The notes under the pieces are model-generated. The model saw only the letters and a program-made list of their open reading frames with translations, did not search any database and was not told the DNA's origin. A stretch of 64,000 bases of DNA from Callorhinchus milii (lineage: Eukaryota). Shown here piece by piece: positions 25,943-38,795 of the stretch. Each line of letters starts with the position of its first letter. Position 1 is the first letter of the stretch. The stretch is from NCBI RefSeq assembly GCF_018977255.1, contig NW_024704743.1:62188001-62252000 (forward strand), given 5' to 3'. Made by a program: the position numbers and the translations under genes.

Positions 25943-26571
25943 CAATAAAACTCGCATAAGTTATTTATCTTTATAAATTGTATAATCAACAACAGTAGCA
26001 ACAAATTACATTTCTGTTACGATTTTCAGGTCAGGAGGACGTCCCAAAGTGCTGGAATCGCCTATATATTCATATATTCATTCGAGTCCCATTCAGTTTC
26101 CTATCAAAACCACTTAGATTTCTTTGCACTATTCGTTTTAATCATCTCTTAACTCGTACTGCCACTCCCCAGACCTTCGTTTCTCCAGCACTTACTGGTT
26201 GCATTGATAGCAGGAAATGACATCGTGACCCATTGAAGCAGGTGCACATAACGGCCGGTTGCATTGAATTGCGGGAACGTAGTCATGATCCATTAACACA
26301 TGCTCAGAAGAACTTAATTTCCTGCGATTCAATGCGTTTCCAATGCTTGTGGTAAGTGTTCATGAGGCAACTCATTAAATCATGGGAAATGTAGTCTTGA
26401 CCTGTCACCTCATGCACATTTACCGGCTGCATTGAATTATGCACGTGCAGTGTAGATTATTGATCAAATCAGATTTTATACATATTATACAGTTTGCCTG
26501 TAACTCAGATGTCATGTAAATTATGTTAAATGTCATGGTCCTGATTGACACAAATTATGTGAATTTTACTG
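25943..26571. mobile_element. Tigger/pogo-like non-autonomous DNA transposon
   Basis: TIRs CAATAAAACTCGCATAAGTT and AAATTATGTGAATTTTACTG, flanked by TA on both sides. Removing it restores the host Deu-SINE sequence TTGAATAGTACCATGAGATCT. Confidence 0.75.
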
Positions 26572-27112
26572 TAGTACCATGAGATCTATAACATCCACCT
26601 GGATAGGCAGACTGGACCTCGATTTTCAAGTCTCATCCGACAATACTTCCAGCAGCAAGTAGAGCACTTTCCTCTTGCAGTGCATACTGATGAGATTTGG
26701 GCACTAAATTGTTAGCTCTTGATCTTATTAATGTTAGCAATGAAGAGGGAAGTATCGACTGCCAGAACTGACCATGAAGGCGTGAATGGAAGCTGCTGAC
26801 TGCTACAATGAAAATATGTTAAGTGCTTTCTTACATCGTGCACACCTTCCAAATGTTGTAAATGAGATAAAACTCGTATTGTAACATCATTTCAGAGTAC
26901 AGACGGTGCTCACTAATTGCTTCTGTTTTGCTCCAATGATTTTATCGTCATCCAAACTTTTCAATTAGACCACATTCTTACTAACACTTCCTACTGTCCA
27001 GTATTCTATATTGGCTAATTTGTGACCCATCCTCACAGATTTCTTCATACAAAATATATTCATGTTACAATCTGGGAGTTCTCATCAATAAAATTAGACC
27101 CTGTGCTACAAA

Positions 27113-27535
27113 TAAATAATCCCTGCATTTGATTTAGCAACTTTCATGTCAGGAGGATATCTCAAAGCACATCGCAAGATTTTATTGGTGAGTGTAGTGA
27201 CTGTATTTTGTAGGTAAACATGACAGCAATGTGCCAAAAGCAGCCATGAAGCGAATAACTATTTTTATCTTAGGAATTGTTGGCCAGGACGTCGGGCAAA
27301 ACTCCTTTCTCTTTTTGAATAGTAATGTAGAATTTTTAATGTCCATGATCAAGCAGATGTGTATCCGGTTTAATGTCTAATCTGCAGGACATCACATCCA
27401 ACATCGCAGAGCTCCCACAGCATTCCACTGGAATGTCAGCTTAGACTGTGTGAGCTCAAAACCCCCAAATGGTATTTGAACCCATAACCTTCTCATTTAG
27501 AGGTGAGAACGCTACCAATTGATCCAGCTTGACAC
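27113..27535 (-). mobile_element. Deu-domain SINE, near full length
   Basis: Head, core and tail on the minus strand. Confidence 0.85.
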
Positions 27536-28385
27536 CTGAAATGGATCTGTAGAATAAAAAGACCACCAATCCCATTTCAAAGTTGTCAGGTTGTTATTGA
27601 TACCACTTGCAGCTTCCAGGATCAGGAAGCCTCCAGTCAGTGCCAGACACTGGACATGTACCTCATTTTCTTTTGCTGCAGGTCCACAGGACCCTGCATT
27701 GTAACTAGACATTTGCCCCAGTGAGGTGTATTATAAGTGGATCATAATACATGAGGTCTGTAGTTAATACATTTTCTAAATTTTAGAAAGTCAATAATTA
27801 CCTGTTTCTTACAGATGTGAAAAGTACTATATAAATTTGTATTGTTGCAATTTGTATTTCTCAGTAAGAAATCTACTAAGAAACCTTGTAAAATAGGCCT
27901 GTTAAGCAAAGTAGACTCCATAAATAACTAAATAAACAACTAAGGTGTTAATACCTCTGAAACAGAGTGTATTATTTTTCAGTAAGTAAACCTTTCAGTT
28001 GTTGGGCAGAAACAGGTGGTGACCATAGTGCAATTATTTATGCTGCTCAATGGTAGGTATTGGCAGTAACAAAGGATATGACCCTGGTACAATTCCAGAA
28101 GGAAAACTCTCAGTAGGCAAACAAAACGCTGAACTATTTAAACTGTAGCAAAAATATGAAACCATGTGTTCAAAGCTGTAATGATTTATGACAACAAGCA
28201 ACCAAGTAATAGGCTGTAACATGTTCATACCTATCATTTGTTGTCTGCATGCTGTGTTTATGTAAAGCCTTGATAAAGCTAATGTCTGGGAGTCCTCCCA
28301 ACAACACAAATAACACAGTAAATGTGATAACTCTGAATTGTGGACAGAAAAAAGATTGCTATCACAGGCATATACTTGATAGAGG

Positions 28386-28620
28386 ACAACAACAATTTGC
28401 ATTTATATAGTGACCTTCACATGTGGTAGCGACTTGGAGTGCTTAACAATTGCGTAGTTTAATGCTGAGCCAGAGAATAAGGGGAGGTGAGCATAGGCAT
28501 GGCCAAAGAGGGAACTCTCCAGGTGTGATCTGAAGATGGACAAAGAAAAGTCAGGGCACACGCAGGGAATTCCAGAGGTTTGGGGTGAGGTGGCTGTAAA
28601 CACGGTCATCGTTGGTGGAA
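28386..28620 (-). mobile_element. L2 3' fragment
   Basis: ORF 28403..28609(-) FRSHLESSLFGHAY; (TTG)n tail. Confidence 0.75.
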
Positions 28621-28719
28621 TGATTCACCCGCAAATTGATAGGTAGAAGCCTATCAATTTCATAATGATTAGCAAACCATTCAAAATTAATAATATTCTA
28701 AATCCATATAATAGTACAC

Positions 28720-29200
28720 TGCAGCTTTGAATTCCTGGCCCTGCTGAGTTAGCTGATCCTAACCAAGGCATTACAATATGTCTCAGTATCTGCCAATTAG
28801 GGAGGTGAAACTCAGCTAAATGTTTTTGTCCTAATTATATTCTTGTGTTCTCTGCTGGAGATCCCAACTCCCTTGTTACTGTACTTAAGTGAGACTGTGG
28901 GCTGAAATTCTATGTGGCACTTACAACCCACAACCTCTGACCCAGAAGTGAGAATGCCAACAAGAGAGCTAAGTTGACACAGCAAAGCACATGATATAAA
29001 ACATTACATGGAAGACCTTGGGTGAGGACCACATTGATCTTGGCTGCAATGCCCCTCTTTTTTTCTTTCTCCCACCCCTACTCCTGTGTACTCTTATAAC
29101 AATAACGTTTTGGAGCACTTCATCTGGCAATATTCACTGGCAAGGTTCACACATGAATGGTGGCCAATTGGGTCAGTGCCAGTGAAATCACACTCCAGTA
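28720..29200 (+). mobile_element. Relic of a second ancient SINE-like family, interrupted by a Deu-SINE head (28910-28980, minus)
   Basis: GCTGAGTTAGCTGATC..GGGTGAGGACC..CACACATGAATGGTGGCC motifs resemble chondrichthyan repeats as I recall them; not verified. Confidence 0.35.
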
Positions 29201-29664
29201 AAATAAATGAATAAATAATGCTTGCATTTGATATATTGCCTTTCACATCAGGAAGTTGTCTCATTGCGCTTCACAGGAATTGCTGTGAAGTGCAGTGACT
29301 TTGTACTTTTGAGGGCAAATGCATCAACCAATTTGTGCACAGCAATGTGTCTCAAACAGACATAAAGTGAATGCCCAATTGAATCGGGGAGATGGTTAGA
29401 TAGGCCAATGGAGGAAATTCCCTTGTCTCTTCGAGTACCAAGTAACATCTCAGCCAAAGGATGACAGCTGTGACGATGCAGTGCTCTCCTAGCATAGCAC
29501 TGTACTATGAGTTCAAAGTCCTGACAATTTGAGGGGTGAAGGAGAAAATTGTTGAGAAAACAAATAAAAACAGAGTGCTATTCATCAAAGTGACATTAAA
29601 AAAATTGTTAGCTGGCGTCTTTCAAAAGTTACTCAGAAGAAGCTATTCGGGATTAAGAAAGAAG

Positions 29665-30069
29665 AACTTGCAATTCTTAGAGAACTTTTTTGCCAAAATG
29701 TCTCAAAGTGTTTTACAATAAGCATTATCAAATTTAGTGGTTTTTTTGTAGACAAATGTGGCAGCCATTCGGTGCACAGTAAGGTGCCACATGTGGTGAA
29801 TGATTGATTAATCTGGAAAATTGTTGGCCAAGACACCAGAAAATATGTCCTTCATTTTTTGATTAGTGCCCTGGGATCTTTAATGTGAAGAACTATGCAG
29901 GCTAGAGCTCTAACTTAACACCACATCCAAAAAATAGAACCTCCAGCAATGCAGCATTCCCTCAATACTGCATTTAAGTGAGATTATTGACTCAAATTCA
30001 AAATGGGGTTTAACCGCACAACCTTCTGACCCAGAAGTGAGAATGCTACCAACTCAGCCAAGCTGACAC
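29665..30069 (-). mobile_element. Deu-domain SINE
   Basis: Minus-strand head TGTCAGCTTGGCTGAGTTGGTAGC, core and tail. Another decayed copy lies at 29215-29520. Confidence 0.8.
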
Positions 30070-30679
30070 AGCAATGTGGAACTTCAAGTGAAAGAGGCAC
30101 AATTTGGCCATATTCTTGATCAAATTGCCTCCTTTTAGTCCATTGGAACTCAGCCCATTGAGACCACAATTGATTGTTGCACTTGGCAAGTCTCAGACAG
30201 CAGATGATCCCTTGCTCAGTCCCATGGGATGAGAACAGCCCAATACTTCCCAGAATGGAAGTGTAACACTATATATTTGGCTCCTTTGCTTGCATTATTT
30301 CTCCTAAAATAGTTTTACAATAACTTACTTAAGAGTGTGCTTGGGAAAAAAATTACAGCATAACTTAAGATCTCTGCCAAAACATTCAACTGCTAAAGTT
30401 TAGAATGCAAAACAGGATGTATACACATATTGTTATTTTAGGTTCACAGGACTCCATTGTGACCTTTTATTATTATCGTAAACAGTAATGCACTTACACA
30501 AATTACGAATGAGTTCAGTACTTCACAATGTTCCTTATCTGATTTCCTGTTTCTGGACAGAAAGGAGAAATCAACTAGTAATTCATTGACAAATGATTTG
30601 TTTATGGGCTGAAACTTATTTTAACATACTGAGCAGTTCTCAAGCAAGATTCAGTCAAAATGATGTCTGTATCCTATGT

Positions 30680-31060
30680 GTGTCAGCCTGGTTCAGTTGG
30701 TAGAATTCTTGCCTTTAAGTCAGAAGATTGTGGGTTCAAGCCCCATGTCAGGACTTGGAAGTCGTATAGTTCAAACTTACACTCCAATACAGTGCTGAGG
30801 ATATGCTGCATTGTTGGAAGTGCCGTCCTTCGGATGAGATGTTAAATTAAGGCCCTATCTGCTTGTTCAGGTAAATGGTAAAGATCCCAGAGCACTATTC
30901 ACAAAGAGAAGGGAGTTTCTCCAACAATCCCCCAAATATAATTAGTCACTCACTTCATGGTTGTTTGTGGGACATTCCTGTTCACAAATTGACTGCCACA
31001 TTTGTTCACAAAATGTACAATCACACCAAACATCATTCCTACAAACGCACAGTTACTACA
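30680..31060 (+). mobile_element. Deu-domain SINE
   Basis: TGTCAGCCTGGTTCAGTTGGTAG..GGGTTCAAGCCC head and Deu core. Confidence 0.9.
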
Positions 31061-31099
31061 CTTTACCCGCCCTTGCCTCCTAGCTTACTATCGTAGATT

Positions 31100-31640
31100 C
31101 AAGCTGTGAACTGTCCTCTTTCAAGACTGAAGAGTCCAAACTTGTCTAATTGTTGTGAGTAGTTCATTCTTCTAACCCTGGGATCATCCTTGTTGCTCTC
31201 CTCCTCATTCTTTTAGGGCATGAGCAATCACCGTAATGTGTAATAACCAGAACTGTACAAAGTACCTCAGGTGCAGCCTAACCAGTGGACTATATAGCTT
31301 GAGCATGATTCCTGAACTTAACTGATTTGACAGTAGAGCTGAGCATCCTGCTTGCTTTGTTTATTCCTGCCTCACACTGTTTTGATATGGTGAGCAATGA
31401 GTCTACTAATACATCCTAGATCTCTTTCAACTTCCCACGTTGGCAAGTTATAATTGTTTTTATAATTGTTGTAATTCTTATTTGAAAGACATAATCAACA
31501 CAAAATCAACTGCATTTTTGATTCGCGTCTGGTCTACATATTCACTACTCTGTGAGGAAAATAAGTGCCTTCTAATCTCTAGTCTTGTTTGAGTCTTGTT
31601 AATTTTAAATCTGTACTCCCATTCTGTTTTTGTAGTTAAA
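31100..31640 (-). mobile_element. Old CR1 RT fragments
   Basis: Minus strand LYSPLVRLHLRYFVQFW-like and L.LFSL motifs. Confidence 0.7.
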
Positions 31641-31701
31641 TTGTCAATTTAAATCTACATCACTTATAATAATAATAAATTATTATTATTATTATAATGT
31701 T

Positions 31702-32017
31702 GGGTCCTGTAGCTCAGTGGTAAGAGCACTAGCCTTGCAAGCGAGAGACCTGGGTTCGATTCCCAGCAGGGTGAAACCTTGGGCAAGTTTCGTTACTCCA
31801 CACGCCTGATAATAATCCCTAAAGAAAAAAATAATCAATAACATTTGGTCACTCAATCCATGATGCTTTGTGGGATACTGATGTGCACAATTGGCTGCCA
31901 CATTTCGTCCATGAATATACAGTCAATTCACTTTACAGTATATTCTGTGAAGTGCTTTGAGATGTCTCGAAGATGTAAAAAATGCTATATCAAATGCAAG
32001 AATTATTATTATTATTA
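31702..32017 (+). mobile_element. tRNA-Ala-derived SINE with L2-type tail
   Basis: GGGTCCTGTAGCTCAGTGGTAAGAGC..CTTGCAA..GGTTCGATTCCC head (TGC anticodon loop), CCTTGGGCAAGT core, (TTA)n tail; 17-bp TSD TAAATCTACATCACTTA (31650-31666, 32020-32036). Confidence 0.9.
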
Positions 32018-32777
32018 TATAAATCTACATCACTTACACTCTGTTTTAGGACTTGCTCATGTTCCCCCTCAATCTTCTTTTCTCCACTGAAATCTATTTA
32101 AGATCAGAGTTGTTCCTAGTAATATAGAGCCTCTCTTCGAGACTCTGAACCTGCAACATTTTCTTTTGGTCAACCTGATGACTCATGAGTAAATCCATCA
32201 TCATCCTTAGAAATATCCAAACCAGACTGAGTGTTCTATATATATATATATACATATATAATGTGCAAATTTCCCTATGTCTGGAATTGAATGCGCACTC
32301 TCTGCTTCCTAATTCCAGAGAGCATTAGCTGCAGGTTGGCTACAGCCTTGGGGTATGTGTTTGGGTACTGCAGGAATTCAACCAGCTAAAACCGCATAGC
32401 TTGCTATTGAAAGCACTGTCTGGCAAGGTTCCTGTTGCTTGTCCAACGAGGACCACCCTCTTCATTAGACCTCTGGCTTGCAGAGTTAAAAAGAGCCAAG
32501 TGGGAAGAACCCCATCTTCCATCTAAACATTGAAACAGACAGCTGCAAGGAGATTAATCAAGTAAACAGTAGACATTCACTGGTTAGTGATGTGATTTCA
32601 CAATTTGAGCTGTCCGAATCATATAGAAGTCTTAAATATCGAGCATTAATCTGAAATATAGTTTAATCCAAAGAGGCAATAATATGACCATTCAGTGAGT
32701 GGAAGCCAGTCAGTTGAGAAAAAACTGCAAGCCATTTAAATAACTCTAACCCTTAACTCTGGTGTGTTTCTCCACAT

Positions 32778-33600
32778 AACAACAAGAAGAAAATCACATT
32801 TGTTAAACGCCTTTTACATTGAGAGGATGTCCCAAGGCGCTGAACAGACGAAGATCAGGACCTGAGCGTGGGGGTGCAGGGTTGGGATGAGGGAGGGCAG
32901 AGAGGTAGGAGGGCGGCTGAAGGCACTGTCGAAAAGGAGGGTCTTGAGACGTGCCTTGAAAGAGGCAAGGGAGGTAGCGAGGCGAAGGGATTGTGGGATG
33001 GAGTTCCAAAGTGTGGGGGCAGAGGACTGAAAGCCCGGCTGCCGATGGTAAGGGGGGTCGAGTGGGAGACATGGAGCAGGCTGATCAAAGGGAGCGGACA
33101 GGTTGATTGGAGATCAGCAAATCAGAGTCGCATGAGGGGGCTTGAAAGTGAGGACGAGGATTTTGAATTCTATCCTCTGAGGGATGTGGAGCTGGGTGAG
33201 GGTGGGGATGATGGGGTCATGGAGCCTGATGTGGGAGAGGACACGAGCTGCAGAGTTCTGGATGATCTGCAGCTTGTGGAGGGAAGAGTTAAGGAGGCCG
33301 ACAAGGAGAGAGTTTCCGTAGTCAAGCCTTGAGGTGACGAATGAGTGTATGAGGGTTTCGGCAGCCTGAGGGGTGAGGCAGTGATCGAGTCGGGCAATGT
33401 TGCGGAGGTGGGGGAAGGCAGAGCGGGTCATGGCACGGATATGTGGGAGAAAGGATAGTTGAGGGTCGAACAAGATGCTCAGGTTCCTGACTGGCTTGGT
33501 GAGCTAACTGTGGATGCTGATTCTACCAGTGAGTGAGGTGTGGAGGCACTGGCGCGAACCAATCGGATGGGTCTCGGTCTTGCTGGCATTCAGCTATAGA
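32778..33600 (-). mobile_element. 5'-truncated L2
   Basis: ORF 33114..33473(-) LIHSFVTSRLDYGNS..LQIIQNSAAR; tail at 32778-32840. Confidence 0.95.
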
Positions 33601-33629
33601 AAATTGCCACCTAATCTAATCTCACTTTC

Positions 33630-34265
33630 CTGCTTGTCCACATACCCTGTAGTTTTTCTCTGAGGCCCTGACAGCGTCTCCCTCCATGTATGTATTCTAC
33701 ATCTCACGGAGCCAATACGGAACCTCAGCGACTGTTTGACCCTCAAGTGTCCTTCATACTCCACATCTGTGCCATGACCCGCTCCGCTTTTCCCCACCGC
33801 CGCAACATCTCTGGCTCTGCCAATGTCTCACACCCCAGGCTGCCGAGACCCTCGTATACGCATTCATAACATCCAGGCTCAACTATGCAAATTCTCTGCT
33901 TGTTGGCCTCCCCAACTTTTCCCTTCGTATTCTGTAGATCATCCCGCACCAGGCTCCACAACCCTATCATTCCCATCCTTGTCCGACTACACTGGCTTCC
34001 CATCACACAGAGGATACAGTTCAACATCCTGGTCCTCACTTTCAAAGCCCTCCATATCCGTGCTCCCCCCTACCTCTGCAACCTCATAATTCATTACCAA
34101 CCTGCCAACTCCCTCCACTCAACAGGCTCTGGTCTGCTTCAAGTCCCCCGCCTCGCCCACCCCACCATTGGCAGATGGGCCTTTAGCCATTATGCCCCCA
34201 ACTTCTGGAACTTCATCCCGCAGTCCCTCCACCTCAGCCCCTCCCTTGCCTCCTTCAAGACCTTG
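33630..34265 (+). mobile_element. L2 fragment
   Basis: RLHWLPITQRIQFNILVLTFKALH..TIGRWAFSHYAPNFWN. Confidence 0.9.
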
Positions 34266-34269
34266 AGAT

Positions 34270-34836
34270 ATCACATCTAGGCTCGACTACCCCAACTCCC
34301 AGCTTGTCGGCCTTCCCAACTCTTCCTTCCACAAATTGCAGATCATCCAGAACTCTGCAGCTCATGTCCTTTCCAGCACCAGGCTCTGTGTCCCTATCAC
34401 TCCTACCCTTGCCTGGTTCCATTGACTCCCCATCCCTCAGGGTATAGAGTTCAAAATCCTCATCCTCACTTTCAAGGCCCTCCACGGCCTTGCTCTGCTC
34501 CTTCCTATCTCTGTGACCTGCTAACTCTATATCAACTTGTCCGACCTCTCCACTCAGCAGGCTGTAACCTACTCCACTTCCCCTGCCTTGCCCACCCCGC
34601 CATCAGTGGTTGGGCATTCAGCCTCTCTGCTCCATCCCATAGTCCCTTTGGAACTCCATCCCATAGTCCCTTTGCCTTGCTCTCTACTTCAAGGCATGGC
34701 TCAAGACCATCTTCTTCGACCGTGCCTTCGGCCAACACTCTCCTGGTCTCAACTCCCCTGCTCAGGTCCAAATTCCTGACTGTCCAGGACATTCTCCCAA
34801 TGTAAAAGCTGCTATATAAATGTTATTTTGTATTGT
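34270..34836 (+). mobile_element. L2 3' fragment
   Basis: SRLDY..LQIIQNSAA; ends in a (TTGTA)n tail. Confidence 0.9.
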
Positions 34837-34994
34837 ATATTCTGTGAAGTGCTTTGAGATGTCTCAAAGACGTGACAATGCGCTATATCAAATACAAGGA
34901 TTATTATTATACGGGGTGACTCTCAGATTTCAGAAGTGATGATCCTCCCATATGTATTACTCGGAGACCCTATGGCCATGCACCTACTCAGAAG

Positions 34995-35650
34995 GATAAG
35001 ATGGTCAGGGTGAGGGGAGGGAAGGGAGGGAGCGAGGAGGGGGAAGAGAGTCGAGATGGGAGCTGAAGGCTCGGTCAAAGAGAAAGGTTTTGAGACCGGC
35101 CTTGAAGGAGGAAAGGGAGGAGGCGGCGAAGGCACTGGGGGATGGAGTTCCAGAACCTCGGGGCTGAGAGGCTGAAGGCCCGACCACCGATGGTAGGGCG
35201 ATTGGGGCGGGGGACGTGGAGCAGACCGGAGCCGGAGGAACGGAGGGTACGGGCAGGTAAGTAGGGGGATAGTAGGTCAGAGAGGTAGGAGGGAGCAAGG
35301 CCGTGGATGGCCTTATAGGTGAGGATGAGGATCTTGAAATCAATCCTCTGGGGGATGGGGAGCCAGTGGAGGCGAGCGAGTGATTTTGAGAGAGAGTTTT
35401 CCAGTGTGCAGAGCATAGAGGCTGAAAGTTTGCCCCCGATGATGGGACGAAGGGAGTGAGGAATGAGCGGTAGTGGACGGGTGGAAGATATAGGCAGGAG
35501 AGTGGAGCTGTTGGAAATTGCAATGTTAGAGATGGGTAACACTGTGAAGAGATTTGAAAGCTCGGATGAGGAGCTTGAAGTAAATCCACTCGGGTACAGA
35601 AAGTCTGTGAAGTCTGGAGAGGGTGGGGTTATGGGTGCATGGAACCTATT
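34995..35650 (-). mobile_element. Two abutting L2 fragments (younger 34995-35395, older 35395-35650)
   Basis: ARLHWLPIPQRIDFKILILTYKAIHGLAPSYL..IGGRAFSLSAPRFWN; the same region is repeated in decayed form. Confidence 0.9.
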
Positions 35651-36227
35651 TGTTGCACGGCATTCCATTCACTTGCTCCTGTATGTTTACCGTGATTGGA
35701 TTATCAATTACGTGACCATTAGTGTGTGCATATGTTGGTTAATATGCATTGGCATGAGGCTAACACAATAAACAACATGATACACATTCAAGGCCATACA
35801 ATATTTATTTTTGGCCAAATAAAGAATTATTGCACAAAACACAAAAAAAACTGCAGATGCTGGAATCATCTGTGTTACATTTTGATTTGGTGAAAGAACA
35901 AAATGTACAAGAAAAACAGCTACAGGCTTTCTGAAAGTTATAATGTGATGATCTGTATAAGTCCCGCTTTCCAGCTCTGGCCACTATGATTCTCATTGTT
36001 TCCCAGACCCTGAATCAAGTTTGAAGAGCGTAGCATTAGGTTAAGGTTGCAAAACCTTAAATAATTGCTTATTTTGTGTTGCGGCCACAGCAAAACTGTT
36101 TACAAAGTCATTGAGGACATTAATATCTGATATGCCAGCATTTCGTTAAGCTATTTCTAGCATTGCGCATTTTTTCAGTTATTTCAAAATACTTTAATGT
36201 CATGAGTGCAGATCTATACATCACTTT

Positions 36228-36410
36228 ACAACAACAACAAATTGCATTTGTATGTCCTTTCACGTTAGGAGGACATCCCAAAACAATGTCAAGCTGGGGG
36301 TTGGGATCAGGAGGGGTGAAGGACGGGGAGGATAGGGATAGGAGGGTAGCCAAAAGCGCAGTCAAAAACGAAGATCTTGAGATGGGACTTGAAGGAGGCA
36401 AGGGGAGCCA
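36228..36410 (-). mobile_element. L2 3' end
   Basis: (TTG)n tail, GGGATGTCCTCCTAACGTGAAAGG motif and ORF2 end. Confidence 0.85.
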
Positions 36411-37569
36411 GATTGTTTACTCACAACAAAATCTTCATCAGCCATAACAAGAACCCCACATCAGTCCCCATTGTCTACCTATAAATTTGCCAACAAGCTC
36501 GGGTACATTCTTCATACAATGTCGCTGCATCAAATATTACCAGTTAAATGTTTAAAGTGAAATATTTACCTGCATGGAATGCAACATATAAAAGTGTCTG
36601 AACCGAGATATGTGACAAGTCCTGCTGTCCAATTCTTCTCCTTCATATACACACTGTTTGCGTGCAGGAGATTTCTGTGTATCTGATACACATAGAACTA
36701 CATCTCACAATGCTTAAGAGTATCCAACCAAACAATTGAGTATTCCACATAAGCACATATTTATCTATTTATTAATACCCTGCTCACCTAATCCTGGAAA
36801 TATCCTGCGCAGGTTGGCGAGGGCGAAGGCTTGGGGACGCCAGAGTGCTTTTGGAGTTCTGCTGGCATTTAACCAACTAAAACCAGAGGTGAGCATGCAT
36901 TGTGTGCATTCATAATAATAATAATAATAATCCTTACATTTGATATAGTGCATTATCACGTCATCAGGATATCTTAAAGCATTTCACAGGATATATTGTA
37001 AAGTGGTTGACTGTATATTTTGTAGGTGAAATTACTGGTTAGTGGTGGTAAAATCCAGAAATCACTAATTGCCTCCTGATATTTGATCTTCTGGAAAGTT
37101 TAATGAATCTGACTCGAGAGGCAAATTATACAGAAACTATAGGTTACAGACTGGATTTGTGACTATTGAATACAGTTAAAGCTGGCGTTTGGGTCAGGAG
37201 GACGTCTCAAAACCCTTCACTAAATTCAGTAATTTCTTCCTAGAGGTTATAAATAATTAATTACATTTTGTATCTCTAATTTAATATGATGTGTAGAATT
37301 TCATTTTATTTACAGTATGAAATGTTATTTCAGCTATTTATAAGTTTACGTCAACAAAGTCACTTTATTGGCCAACAGAGCTAATATTACCTAATTGTCT
37401 CCATCATTAAAAATAATATTTTGCTTCAGTTGAGAGGATACAGATTTTTGGCCTCTGGTAAGATCTTATCTTGTTATACAAACTTGTTTTCTCTTTTTTG
37501 GGGGAGGGGAGTGGGGAGGTATTAATTTTAAATCTAGCTCTGATCTCACAGTCTTAGGCAAATAGTATA

Positions 37570-38050
37570 TTTACATCTTCGTCAATTGTGTCATCATTCT
37601 AAAGACCTGGATCATGTTCCTTTCAATCCCCATTCTATGGAGAACAGTTCAGTTCTCTGAATCTTTAATTATCCAGCTCTTCTCAAATTCTGTCCAGTTC
37701 TTCTAGGTAATTTCTAGGCTGCTTTGTCCCAAACTGCACACTGCTGTTTCCAATGTAGTTTCACCAGTGATCTTTTCAAGGTTAGCGTAAATTATTTTGA
37801 TTTGTAGTGAAATATCACCAAGAAACTAGCTCGTATTCAATAAATTGTATTGACAGGATCTTCACATTGAATGGAAACATTCAGTGAATGATCAATAATC
37901 ATGCGCAAATCTTGTTTCTTCTCCACCGCTGTAATGAATATCTCTTTGTTTTGTACATGTTTATGGCTACTTGTTTTGAAATATGTTGACTTTCATTTTC
38001 TACAGTAAAATCCGTCTGCCACTCCTTGTTTCAGCTGCTCAATTTATCCA
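37570..38050 (-). mobile_element. Very old CR1 RT fragment
   Basis: Decayed LVKLHWK..VQFG and WQT.F.VEK motifs on the minus strand. Confidence 0.5.
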
Positions 38051-38329
38051 AAAAATGTCATGAATGTTAGCTAGCATTCCTAAACTATTCACTTGCACCT
38101 ATCCACTTTTAGATTGATAGCCTCAACAAATGCTATACCATTGACACAACACAGTTCATGCAATTGATCATAATATGTGGAGTTCTATGTCTTAGTGGTT
38201 GAGCACTTGCTAAACTCTGACCAATCAGCCCAGACGTGCCAATGGCGGGTGAGTTGAGGTAAGTCTTACTCATTAGGCATGAGTTGCAGCACTCTCATCT
38301 TCAACCATCGTAACTCACATGAAACCTAT

Positions 38330-38795
38330 CCCCTGCCTGTATCCTCACCCATAACAAACTCCGCGCCCCCATCACTCCAGCCTTTACAGATTACACTGAC
38401 TCCGTATTGCAGAACGGATCAATTTCAAGATCCTCACACTCACCTAAAATGACTTAATGTCTTAGCACCTCTCTATCTGTCTGATCTGCTCACTCCTCTA
38501 TTTGCCCCTTTCGTTTAGCCGGCTTGGGCCTTCTGCATGTGGCTTAATCCCTCCGCTTTACCTTCGGCAGCTGTGCTTTCAGCCACTATGCCCCAAACAT
38601 TTGGAACTACCTGCCTCAATCCCTCTTCCTTACCCCTTCTTTACCCATTTTCAGCTCACATCAGAAGATTTTCCTCCTTAACCTTGTCTAGGTCACTTGC
38701 CCTTTCTCCCCAGCTCGGCATCAAAGTATGTTTTGCCATGTTAACACTCAAGACGTTTCACCACGTGAAGGGCGTATATAAGTGCATGTTGTTGA
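38330..38795 (+). mobile_element. Old L2 3' fragment
   Basis: PITPA..LH.L..RINFKILTLT..; CGTGAAGGGCGTATATAAGTGCATGTTGTTG tail. Confidence 0.8.

Noticed and set aside
31702..31775. tRNA-Ala gene (also at 55976)
   Set aside because: No acceptor-stem closure; it runs directly into a SINE body.
35836..35866. ACTGCAGATGCTGGAATC, resembling the 5' end of the hammerhead element
   Set aside because: Too short; no arms or ribozyme core follow.
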